From an uncultured Thermoleophilaceae bacterium (lineage in GTDB: Bacteria > Actinomycetota > Thermoleophilia > Solirubrobacterales > Thermoleophilaceae), in the NCBI GenBank assembly GCA_963826165.1, contig CAWGWC010000017.1:121233-185232 (forward strand): a DNA stretch of 64,000 nucleotides, given 5' to 3'. Shown here one piece after another: positions 7,809-16,521 of this stretch. The position numbers were made by a program, and so were the translations under genes. The notes beneath the pieces were generated by a model, which was given only the letters and a program-made list of their open reading frames with translations, was not told the DNA's origin and did no database searches. Positions within the stretch are counted from its first letter, which is position 1, and every line of letters starts with the position of its first letter.

Positions 7809-8843
7809 ATGGATTCTGGATCAAACAAACTTTCTCGGCGGCGTCTCCTCGGCGGCGCTGCCGCCATGGGGGCCACCATTCCGGTCCTCCACGAGATCGT
7901 GCCCCATCAGGCTCTGCACGACGTTGGCGCCTCCGCCGCCGAGCACAACGGCCACCGCGCGGCCATCCACCGCGCCTCGGATCACATCGGCGCCAAGGGC
8001 CGGGTCGACCCGGCCGTCAACGGCTTCGACCCTCAGGAGATCCTGCGCGACTTCGACGAGGGACGGGTGGTCGGCGGCGTGCGCGAGTGGGAGATAGTCG
8101 CGCAGGAGAAGGAGATCGAGGTCGCTCCGGGCGTCAAGTACCTGGCCTGGACATACAACGGACGGGTGCCAGGACCGACCCTGCGCGCCCGCGAGGGTGA
8201 GCGGCTGCGGATCCGCTTCGTCAACGGCGGCACCCACCCTCACACCATGCACTTCCACGGCGTCCACCGCGACGTGATGGACGGGATCCCGGATATCGGC
8301 GCCGGCAACATCGACCCCGGCCGCAGCACCGTCTACGAGTTCAACGCGACGCCCTTCGGCCTGCATCTCTACCACTGCCACTCGACGCCGCTGGCCGAGC
8401 ACATCGCCAAGGGGCTCTACGGCGCCTTCATCATCGATCCCAAGGACGGCCGCCCGCCGGCGGACGAGCTCGTGATGGTGATGAACGGGTTCGACACGAA
8501 CTTCGATCGCGCCAACGACGTCTACGCCGTCAACACCGTCGCCTTCGAGTACATGCACCGTCCGGTACGGGTCAAGCGCGGCGAGCTGGTGCGGGTCTAC
8601 CTGGTCAACGTGCTCGAGTACGACCTCCTCAACTCGTTCCACCTCCACGCCAACTTCTTCGACTACTACCCGACCGGCACGAAGCTCGAGTCGCGCGACT
8701 TCACCGACACCGTCATCCAGGGCCAGGGCGAGCGAGGGATCCTGGAGGTGCGCTTCCCCTACACCGGCAAGTACATGTTCCACGCGCACGTCTCCGAGTT
8801 CGCGGAGTTGGGCTGGATGGGCTTCTTCGAGGTGGTCGACTGA
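7809..8843 (+). CDS. Tat-exported two-domain multicopper oxidase (laccase-like, type-1 Cu site in the N-terminal domain)
   Basis: In-frame ATG 7809 within ORF 7347..8843. Tat motif SRRRLLGGAAAMGA. Cu motifs HPHTMHFHG, YHCHSTPLAEHIAKGL, SFHLHAN, MFHAHVSEF. Confidence 0.85.
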   Translation: MDSGSNKLSRRRLLGGAAAMGATIPVLHEIVPHQALHDVGASAAEHNGHRAAIHRASDHIGAKGRVDPAVNGFDPQEILRDFDEGRVVGGVREWEIVAQEKEIEVAPGVKYLAWTYNGRVPGPTLRAREGERLRIRFVNGGTHPHTMHFHGVHRDVMDGIPDIGAGNIDPGRSTVYEFNATPFGLHLYHCHSTPLAEHIAKGLYGAFIIDPKDGRPPADELVMVMNGFDTNFDRANDVYAVNTVAFEYMHRPVRVKRGELVRVYLVNVLEYDLLNSFHLHANFFDYYPTGTKLESRDFTDTVIQGQGERGILEVRFPYTGKYMFHAHVSEFAELGWMGFFEVVD

Positions 8844-10045
8844 TGGAGGCGGCCACCGTCACCAGCCGCCGGCCCGGCTGGCTGGCCGGCCTCGCGCCGC
8901 TGCTGGTGCTGGGCCTGGCGATCGGGCTGTTCGTGGCCCTCGATGCGCCAGGGCTCGACCGTGTCGGCGTGCCCGAGGAGAACCTCGCGGTGGAGCGGAC
9001 CGTGCTCGAACCGGGCCAGATCGAGCTTCACGTTCGCAACGACGGCGCGGATCCGGTGGAGATCAGGCAGGTGATCGTCAACGACGCCTTCACCGCGTTC
9101 ACTCAGTCCAACGACGACATCGGCCGGCTCGGCACCTCCACGATCGACGTGCAGTACCCGTGGCTGGAGGGCCAGGCCTACGACGTCGTCCTGCTCACCG
9201 CTACCGGCGCGACCATCGATCACGCCATCGAGGCGGCGGTCGACACGCCCGAGGCCGATATCGGCTTCTACGGGCTGATGGCCCTGATCGGCCTGTACGT
9301 GGGGGTCATTCCGGTGGCCATCGGCATGCTGTGGCTGCCCTGGGTGCGCGGGGTGGACCGCCGCTGGATGCGCTTTCTGCTCGCCTTCACCATCGGGCTG
9401 CTCGCCTTCCTCGGCGTCGACGCTCTGCTGGAGGGCACCGAGCTGGCGGGCACCGGCCCGGCCTCTCTCGGTGGCGCGGCGCTGGTCTGGCTCGGCGCCG
9501 CGGGGGCGTACCTCGCCCTCGCCGCCACCGATTCGTGGCTGAGAGCGCGCAAGGGGCGCGAACAGGAGGAGACCGAGAGGGCGGGCGCGAGCTTCGGCTA
9601 CCGGGCCGCCTTCCTGGTGGCGCTCGGGATCGGCCTCCACAACCTCGGGGAGGGACTGGCGATCGGCTCCGCCTACGCCGTCGGCTCCCTGGCGCTCGGC
9701 GCGGCGCTGGTGGTGGGCTTCGCCATCCACAACACCACCGAGGGGCTGGCGATCGTCGCCCCGGTGTCCCGCGAGCGGCAGGTGCGGCTGGGACGCCTGG
9801 TCGGGCTCGGCGTGCTGGCCGGCGCTCCGGCGGTGCTCGGCGCCTGGATCGGCGCGTCGGCATTCAACCCGAGCCTGGCGGCGCTGATGTTCGGCATCGG
9901 CGCCGGCGCCATCGCACAGGTCATCGTCCAGATCGCCCCCCAGGTGCGTGACGACAGCGGGCGCTTCCTGCACCCGCTCGCCTCCATCGGCCTGCTCACC
10001 GGCCTGCTCGTGATGTATGTGACCGGGCTGCTCATATCCGTCTGA
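8843..10045 (+). CDS. ZIP-family divalent metal permease with an extra ~150-aa N-terminal domain
   Basis: 400 aa. ZIP signatures GLHNLGEGLAIG and IHNTTEGLAIV. One TM helix, then a beta-rich segment (VERTVLEPGQIELHVRNDGADPVEIRQV..) before the ZIP core. The start overlaps the oxidase stop (TGATG). Confidence 0.9.
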   Translation: MEAATVTSRRPGWLAGLAPLLVLGLAIGLFVALDAPGLDRVGVPEENLAVERTVLEPGQIELHVRNDGADPVEIRQVIVNDAFTAFTQSNDDIGRLGTSTIDVQYPWLEGQAYDVVLLTATGATIDHAIEAAVDTPEADIGFYGLMALIGLYVGVIPVAIGMLWLPWVRGVDRRWMRFLLAFTIGLLAFLGVDALLEGTELAGTGPASLGGAALVWLGAAGAYLALAATDSWLRARKGREQEETERAGASFGYRAAFLVALGIGLHNLGEGLAIGSAYAVGSLALGAALVVGFAIHNTTEGLAIVAPVSRERQVRLGRLVGLGVLAGAPAVLGAWIGASAFNPSLAALMFGIGAGAIAQVIVQIAPQVRDDSGRFLHPLASIGLLTGLLVMYVTGLLISV

Positions 10046-10728
10046 TGGCCACGAGCGCAGACACCAGCGAGATCACGGGCGCCGTCCAGGACTACGCCAA
10101 GGCGATCTGGTCGCTGTCCCAGCGCAGCAAGGAGCCCGTGTCCACGTCGGCGCTCGCCGAGCGGCTCGATGTCTCGCCGGCCTCCGCCTCCTCGATGGTC
10201 AAGCGCCTCGAGTCGATGGGCCTGGTCTCACGCGAGCCCTACCACGGTGTCCGCCTCACGCGCCCGGGCGAGCGGGTCGCGCTGGCCGTGCTGCGTCACC
10301 ACCGTCTGCTCGAGCTCTACCTGGCCGAGGCGCTGGGCATGCCCTGGGATCGCGTGCACGACGAGGCGGAGCGCCTGGAGCACGCCATCTCACCAGAGCT
10401 CTCGGAGCTGATCGCCGACAAGCTGGGCAACCCGACGCGTGACCCGCACGGCGATCCGATTCCCACCGCGGACGGCGAGATCGACGAGGAACCCACCCGC
10501 GCTCTGGCGGACCTCCGCCCCGGTGAGCGGGGGGTCTTCACCCGCGTGTCCGACTCCAACTCGGAGATGCTTCGCTATCTCTCCGAGCGCGGGATCGCGC
10601 CGGGCGACGAGCTGGAGCTGACCGGGCGCGAGCCGTTCGGCGGGCCGCTGACGGTGCGTGCCCGAGGGCGCCGCCACGCCTTCGGAGATCAGCTGGCGCG
10701 GGCGATGCGCGTGGTCACCACCGGGTAG
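10045..10728 (+). CDS. DtxR/IdeR/MntR-family metal-dependent repressor with FeoA/SH3-like C-domain
   Basis: 227 aa. DYAKAIW, wHTH STSALAERLDVSPASASSMVKRLE, metal site HHRLLELYL..VHDEAERLEHAIS, C-terminal FeoA-like GERGVFTRVSD. TGATG overlap with the ZIP gene. Confidence 0.9.
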   Translation: MATSADTSEITGAVQDYAKAIWSLSQRSKEPVSTSALAERLDVSPASASSMVKRLESMGLVSREPYHGVRLTRPGERVALAVLRHHRLLELYLAEALGMPWDRVHDEAERLEHAISPELSELIADKLGNPTRDPHGDPIPTADGEIDEEPTRALADLRPGERGVFTRVSDSNSEMLRYLSERGIAPGDELELTGREPFGGPLTVRARGRRHAFGDQLARAMRVVTTG

Positions 10729-10741
10729 CCTCTACGCCCGG

Positions 10742-11104
10742 ATGCCCCTCGCCGACGACTTCCAGGCCGTGGTCGACACGCTGCCGCCCGACTGGACCCA
10801 GCTCGAGCTCGACATGCGCATCTTCGACGAGGACCGCTACATCGAAGCCGCCACGCTCATGGTCCAGATCAACGCGTTGCCGTACTCGCAGGCCGACTGG
10901 CACTGGCGCATACGGGTCGCCCGCGAGTTCGGGCACGCGGCCGCGGCGGAGACCGTCCACGGGACGCTCGCCCTGATCGACGAGCAGGGCATCGCCGGCG
11001 AGCTGCTCGTGCGCGAGGCCCGGACCGGCCGGGTCGAGGTGGTCCAGATGTGGGGCCGGCCGGAATCGGTGCGCCAGGAATTTCGTCTCCGTCGCGACCA
11101 GTAG
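10742..11104 (+). CDS. Hypothetical protein (120 aa)
   Basis: In-frame ATG 10742 within ORF 10658..11104, 14 nt after the dtxR-like stop. GC3-rich frame. No family recognised. Confidence 0.6.
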   Translation: MPLADDFQAVVDTLPPDWTQLELDMRIFDEDRYIEAATLMVQINALPYSQADWHWRIRVAREFGHAAAAETVHGTLALIDEQGIAGELLVREARTGRVEVVQMWGRPESVRQEFRLRRDQ

Positions 11105-11112
11105 GCGGGAGG

Positions 11113-11427
11113 ATGGCCCGAGTGGCGCTCCTCTGCCCCGATCTGCTCTTCGGCTCGAAGCTTCAGGGCGCTCTCAGCGCAGCCGGCCACGATCTCGTCG
11201 CGCCCGATGACGACGCCGAGTTGCTGGTGGTGGACCTGACCGCGGATCCGGACGAGCAGATCGAGCGGTCGAGGGTGGCAGGCCTGCCCCGGCTCGGCTT
11301 CTACTCGCACGTCGAGCAGGACGTTCGCACGCGCGCCGAGCAGGCGGGTTTCGAGCGGGTGGTGCCCCGCTCGCGCATGGCGCGCGAGCCGGCCGCGCTG
11401 GTCGAGGCGATGCTGGCCGCCGGCTAG
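11113..11427 (+). CDS. Hypothetical protein (104 aa), possibly receiver/flavodoxin-like fold
   Basis: ATG 11113 preceded by GGGAGG. MARVALLCPDLLFGSKL..LLVVDL pattern. No confident family. Confidence 0.6.
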   Translation: MARVALLCPDLLFGSKLQGALSAAGHDLVAPDDDAELLVVDLTADPDEQIERSRVAGLPRLGFYSHVEQDVRTRAEQAGFERVVPRSRMAREPAALVEAMLAAG

Positions 11428-12488
11428 ATCGTCAGGTTGGCCCGGCGACGGGCCTTCTCGTCCATCAACGCGAGATCGGCCGTGCCGGTCAGCTCGTCGG
11501 CGTCCATCTCCCCGGTCAGCTCGGCGAGGCCGCAGGAGATCGTGACGGGCTGGCCGTCGGGTGCCTGAACCTCCTCGTGGAAAGCGGCGGTGACGCGCTC
11601 GCACACGCGAGCGGCGTCATCGCGGTTGGTGTCGGGCAGCAGCACGGCGAACTCGTCGCCGCCCCAGCGGAAACAGCGATCGCCGCGCCGTATCGCGCCC
11701 TCGATCGCCGCACCGGCGCGGACCAGTAGCTCGTCTCCGATGAGATGACCGAACTCGTCGTTGATCCTCTTGAAGCCGTCGAGGTCGCCGACCATCAGAC
11801 TCAGCGGGGCGCCGTTGCGCCGCACGCGGGCGAGCTCCTGGGTCAGCGTCTCGTCGAAGGCCCGCCGGTTGGCCAGCCTCGTGAGGGCGTCGGTGCGCGC
11901 TGATTCCTCGGCCAGCTGCTCGGCCGCGCGCAGCCCGGCCTTCTGCTCGTCGGTGCCCCGCACGAACAGCAGCGACAGCAGGGCGATTCCGGTGAGCAGC
12001 ACCAGGTAGGCGACCGTAGCGCCGGCGGTGTCCCGGTCCCAGCTGTCGTAGATCAGCGGGGCTATCGCCACCGCGGCGAGAAGGAGGAGGTAGGCGGGCA
12101 TCCGCCGCGCGGGGTGAAGCGAAGCGCTGCCGAACACGTTCAGGAGCAGGAGCTCGTTGTACGGGCTGTCGACGCCACCGGCGAGCCACTGGAGCAGGGC
12201 GATCTGGCCGAGGCCCACGAAGCTGGTCCACGACAGCATGCTCAGGGTGACCCGCGAGGCCGGCCGGGCGATCCAGGCGGCGAACCCCAGCGACACCATC
12301 ACGCTCGCGCCGCCCAGCCACCAACCGGCGTCTCCGATCGCCTCGGTGGGCGGCGCGAAGCCGAACAGGAGCAGTGCCAGGGCCGCGCCCAGCAGCCACA
12401 CGAGAACGGCCAGACGCCGGAAGAGGCTCAGGTTTGACAAGGAATCGGCCACGCTCACTTCGATGATCGGCGAGTTGCGCCGAATCAT
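11424..12488 (-). CDS. Membrane-anchored diguanylate cyclase (GGDEF domain)
   Basis: 354 aa. About 5-6 N-terminal TM helices, then RLANRRAF..MVGDLDGFKRINDEFGHLIGDELL..RWGGDEFAVLL. Confidence 0.9.
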   Translation of the reverse strand: MIRRNSPIIEVSVADSLSNLSLFRRLAVLVWLLGAALALLLFGFAPPTEAIGDAGWWLGGASVMVSLGFAAWIARPASRVTLSMLSWTSFVGLGQIALLQWLAGGVDSPYNELLLLNVFGSASLHPARRMPAYLLLLAAVAIAPLIYDSWDRDTAGATVAYLVLLTGIALLSLLFVRGTDEQKAGLRAAEQLAEESARTDALTRLANRRAFDETLTQELARVRRNGAPLSLMVGDLDGFKRINDEFGHLIGDELLVRAGAAIEGAIRRGDRCFRWGGDEFAVLLPDTNRDDAARVCERVTAAFHEEVQAPDGQPVTISCGLAELTGEMDADELTGTADLALMDEKARRRANLTI

Positions 12489-13426
12489 TTACCACGCGGC
12501 GCGGCGAATGCGCGGTCCACGTCGGGCCTGGCGTCGAGGATCCCGAAGCGCAGGTCGAAGTCGGCCCAGCCCTCGAGTGCCCGCCGGTCGAGGCGAATCG
12601 GCGGACGCAGAGCGGGCGCCACGGCCTCGAGCTGGGCACGGATCAGGGGCCGGTCCGCCCCCGAGGCCCGCACCAGATCGTCGACCGCCGCGCGCCGGTC
12701 GCCGAGCGCGGTGCGGGTGCCGGTCGCGAGGGCGGCGAGCACGGTGTCGACGAGCTCGCGCCGCTCGTCGAGCGTCTCACGCTCAACCGCCAGGACGAGC
12801 TCGGGGTATCGCGGCGCTCCGAACTCGTCGACCCGGAACTCGCGGGTGCGCACGCCGCGCGCACGCAGGGCCACGCCCTCGACGTTCCAGAACGAGACCA
12901 CCGCGTCGACCCGCCCGGTGACCAGGCTCGGCACCGCGGCGAAGCCGATGGTCACCGTCTCCACCCGCCCGTAGTCGCCCCCGTCCGCCTCCACCACGGC
13001 ACGCAGCACCGCCTCGTCGGAGGCCAGCCCGGTCACGCCCACGCGGCGGCCCTCCAGGTCCCGGGGCCGGCGCACCTCCCCGGCGCGGGCGATGACGGCC
13101 GCCAGCGGGCGCTGGACCAGAGCGCCCACGCCCACCACGTCGCTGCCCCGTTCACGCGCCAGCCCGAGGTCGTGGATGTCCACGACGGCCATGTCCGCGC
13201 GGCCGGCCGCCAGCAGCTTCAGCGAGTCGGTCGAGGCGCCCGGCACACGTACCTCGAGATCGACGTCCCCGTCGTCACGCTCGGCGGCGTAGATCCCGGC
13301 GTGGACGGCGTTGGGCTGGAAATCGAGGGCGAGCGTGGCCTCGCGTCCCTCGTCGCCCCCGCCACAGGCGGCGAGCAGCAGCAGCGGGGCGAGCACCCAG
13401 AGGGGCACAGGGAGAAGGCGGCGCAC
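12485..13426 (-). CDS. Lipoprotein, NMT1/THI5-like (SsuA/TauA-type) ABC substrate-binding protein; no permease or ATPase adjacent
   Basis: 313 aa. Lipobox LLLLAA-C. LDFQPNAVHAGIY, GRADMAVV, VGVTG blocks. Confidence 0.8.
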   Translation of the reverse strand: MRRLLPVPLWVLAPLLLLAACGGGDEGREATLALDFQPNAVHAGIYAAERDDGDVDLEVRVPGASTDSLKLLAAGRADMAVVDIHDLGLARERGSDVVGVGALVQRPLAAVIARAGEVRRPRDLEGRRVGVTGLASDEAVLRAVVEADGGDYGRVETVTIGFAAVPSLVTGRVDAVVSFWNVEGVALRARGVRTREFRVDEFGAPRYPELVLAVERETLDERRELVDTVLAALATGTRTALGDRRAAVDDLVRASGADRPLIRAQLEAVAPALRPPIRLDRRALEGWADFDLRFGILDARPDVDRAFAAPRGK

Positions 13427-13472
13427 GCCGGCAAGGCTAGGCCGACCGGAGCCGGATCTACACTGCCGCGCC

Positions 13473-14210
13473 GTGCAGGATCGAGGGCCGGCCGCCTATC
13501 TCGCCGAGTTCGTCGGCACGCTCCTGCTCGTCTTCTTCATCACGGCGGTGGTGTCGCTCTATGGCCCCGAGCCGTCGCCGGTCAACCCCAACCCGTTCGT
13601 CGACTTCGGGGTGATAGGGCTGGTCCACGTGCTGCTGCTGTTCGTCCTGATCCAGACACTGGCGGTGGTCTCGGGCGCGCACTTCAACCCGGCGGTCACG
13701 ATCGCCATGACGTCGCTGCGCCAGATCAAGCCGGCGGACGCCCTGATCTACGTGGTGGCCCAGCTCGCCGGCGCGGTGGCGGGCACGCTGCTCACCAAGG
13801 CGATCCTGCTCGACGAGGGCAGGGCCGAGAACTACGGCGCCACCACCGTCTCCAACGTGGTCGACGGCGCGGCGCTCCCCGGGATGATCGTGGAGGGGCT
13901 GGGCACGTTCTTCCTGGTCTGGGCGATCATCGGTGTGGCCGTCAACCCCGGCGCCACCCGCGACTGGGCCGCATTCGCCATCGGCGGCGCCCTGGGCGTG
14001 GGAGTGATGGTGCTCGGACCGGTGAGCGGCGGCGGCTTCAACCCCGCCCGCAGCTTCGGCCCGGCGATCGTGTCCGGCACCTGGGACGACTTCCTCGTCG
14101 TCTACGTGGTCGGCCCCGTGACCGGCGCCCTCCTGGCGGGCGTCATCTACTTCTACATCTTCATCCAGCCGGGCAGGACCGGCGAAGTGGGACCCGGGCC
14201 GGTGGGCTGA
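13473..14210 (+). CDS. MIP-family channel (aquaporin/glycerol facilitator)
   Basis: GTG 13473 in frame within ORF 13311..14210. Two NPA boxes (HFNPAVTIA, GFNPARSFGPA) and 6 TM helices. Confidence 0.9.
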   Translation: MQDRGPAAYLAEFVGTLLLVFFITAVVSLYGPEPSPVNPNPFVDFGVIGLVHVLLLFVLIQTLAVVSGAHFNPAVTIAMTSLRQIKPADALIYVVAQLAGAVAGTLLTKAILLDEGRAENYGATTVSNVVDGAALPGMIVEGLGTFFLVWAIIGVAVNPGATRDWAAFAIGGALGVGVMVLGPVSGGGFNPARSFGPAIVSGTWDDFLVVYVVGPVTGALLAGVIYFYIFIQPGRTGEVGPGPVG

Positions 14211-14254
14211 GCGCCGCGCACTCGTACCCGCGCGTGCCTACCTAGACTGGGCCA

Positions 14255-16439
14255 ATGCGGCGGGTCACCTTCTCGCGGAACTTCACGCTTTCGCTGTCGC
14301 GCACCTGCCGGTGCTACTGCAAGTACTGCGCCTTTGCCACCCACCAGGCGCACCTCCACGCGCCACAGGAGGTGGAGAAGATCCTCGACGACGCGGCCCG
14401 GCGCGGCGCCAAGGAACTGCTCGTGCTGACCGGGGAGAAGCCCGAGGTCAATCCGGTGGTGGCCGAGCGGCTGCGCGAATACGGGCACGCGGACTTCACC
14501 GCCTATGTGGCCTGGGCCTGCGAGCGGGCGCTCGAACGCGGGATGCTGCCCCACACCAACCTCGGGGCGCTCTCGCGAGACGACCTCGGGCGCCTGCGCG
14601 AGGTGACCGCGTCCCAGGGGCTCATGCTGGAGTCGGTCAACCCCGACCTGGTGGTCCATCAGGGCTCGCCCACCAAGCACCCGGACGTGCGCCTGGCCAC
14701 GATCCGGGCGGCGGGCGAGCTGCGCATCCCGTTCACCAGCGGGATCCTCGTGGGGATCGGCGAGTCGCCCGAGGAGCGGGTGGCCGGCCTCGAGGCGCTG
14801 GCCGCCGTGCACGCCGAGTACGGCCACCTCCAGGAGGTGATCCTGCAGAACTTCGTCGCCCATCCGCGCTACTACGGCGCCGAGCCGGCCGAGATCGCCG
14901 ACGAGGCACAGCGCGCTCAGACCGCATGGCGAAGCGCTCGAGCCGCCGGGCTGGGCCTCGCCGATCTCGCTGGACGACATGCGGGAGCTGGTGCGGGAGT
15001 GCCGGCGCCTCATGCCCGACGTGGGGGTGCAGATCCCGCCCAACCTCTCCGACTGGTGGCTGCCGCTGGTGGACGAGGGAGCCACGGACCTCGGCGGCCT
15101 GTCGGCCAACGGAGATCACATCTCGCCGGAGCACCCGTTCCCGTCGGTGCACACCATGCGCAAGCAGCTCGCCCCGCGTGGCTACGCGCTCACCGAGCGG
15201 CTGTGCGTGTACCCGCAGTACATGGATGGCGACTGGCTCGAGCAGGGTGTGCTCGATGTGATCAAGACGAGCTTCTGGAGCTTCATCCCGAGGCGCGGGT
15301 CCGGACGGCGCGAGGACCGGCCGATTCGCCGTGAGCTGGTGGCCGGCGCGGTGGCCCGGGCGCGAGACGGGCTGGCGCTGAGCGAGGACGAGCTGACCGC
15401 GATGTTCGGCGAGACCCGGCCGGAGGCGATCGAGGACATGCGCCAGGCCGCCGACGCGCTGCGCTCCGAACTGGCGGGGGAAACGGTGACCTTCGTGGTC
15501 AACCGCAACATCAACGTGTCGAACATCTGCACCGTGGGGTGTGCCTTCTGCGGCTTCGGCCAGGGACGGCGCTCGCCCGACGCCTACGAGCACTCCGAGG
15601 AGGAGTTTCGCCGCCGGGTGCTGGACGCGGTCGAGTTCGGCGCCAGCGAGATCTGCATGCAGTCGGGCATCCATCCCGAGTGGACCATCGCCGACTACGA
15701 GCGATGGCTCCGCGTGGCCAAGGACACGGCGCCGCAGCTGCACATGCACGCCTATTCGCCGATGGAGGTCGACCATCTTGCGGCCGACCTGCCGCTGGAC
15801 GAGGTGTTCGCCCGCCTGCGGGCGGCCGGCCTCGGCTCGCTGCCGGGCACCGCGGCCGAGGTGCTCCACGACGGCGTGCGCCAGCGCATCTCCCCGAACA
15901 AGCTGCCGGTGGCGCGCTGGGTGGAGATCATCGAGGCCGCGCACGAGGCGGGCCTGCGCTCCACGGTCACCGTGATGTTCGGCCACATCGAGGAGCCCTG
16001 GGAGCTGGCCGAGCACATGCGCGTGGTGCGGGAGCTCCAGGAGCGAACCGGCGGCTTCACCGAGTTCGTGCCGCTCTCGTTCATCCCCTTCCACACGCTG
16101 CTGGGCCGCACCCACGGGATCGAGGAGATCTCGCGCGAGGAGAACCTCAAGCACACGGCGGCCTTCCGGCTCGCGCTGGGCCGGACGGTCCCGAGCCTGC
16201 AGGCCAGCTGGGTGAAGATGGGTCTCGACGCGGCCACCGAGGCGCTGCGCTGGGGAGTGAACGACCTGGGCGGCACGCTCATGGAGGAGTCGATCTCGCG
16301 CATGGCGGGCTCCTACCACGGCGTGATGCTCGAGCCGCACGACCTGATCGGCGCCGCCCATGCGGCCGGCCGCCCGGCCGCGGAGCGCGACACGCTGTAC
16401 GGCATCCGGCGGCGCCACGAGCTGCCCGTCGCGGCGTAA
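14255..16439 (+). pseudogene. fbiC: FO synthase FbiC (fused CofG/CofH radical-SAM enzyme) with the reading frame broken by a +1/-2 shift around 14905-14945
   Basis: The CofG part in frame 2 (CRCYCKYCAF..LQEVILQNFVAHPRYYGAEPAEIADEA) degenerates into Arg/Ala-rich sequence. The homologous sequence resumes in frame 0 (GEALEPPGWASPISLDDMRELVRECRRLMPDVGVQIPPNL..GDHISPEHPFP) and continues through CofH (NICTVGCAFCGF). Confidence 0.85.
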
Positions 16440-16521
16440 GCGCGCGCCGGTCACAAGCCCTTTACGGCCTGTTTGCAGGGTCTTCACCGGAGTTCCCTGT
16501 GCCTCGCCAGACTGGCGTGAC

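Noticed and set aside
7809-8843. Copper nitrite reductase (NirK) identity for the two-domain cupredoxin protein
   Set aside because: The Cys motif is H-C-H followed by His (the multicopper oxidase trinuclear/T1 pattern) rather than the H-C-A of NirK. No denitrification genes are nearby.
13427-13472. TPP or other riboswitch upstream of the NMT1/THI5-like binding protein
   Set aside because: The spacer is only 46 bp, too short for a riboswitch aptamer, and I saw no conserved riboswitch core sequence.
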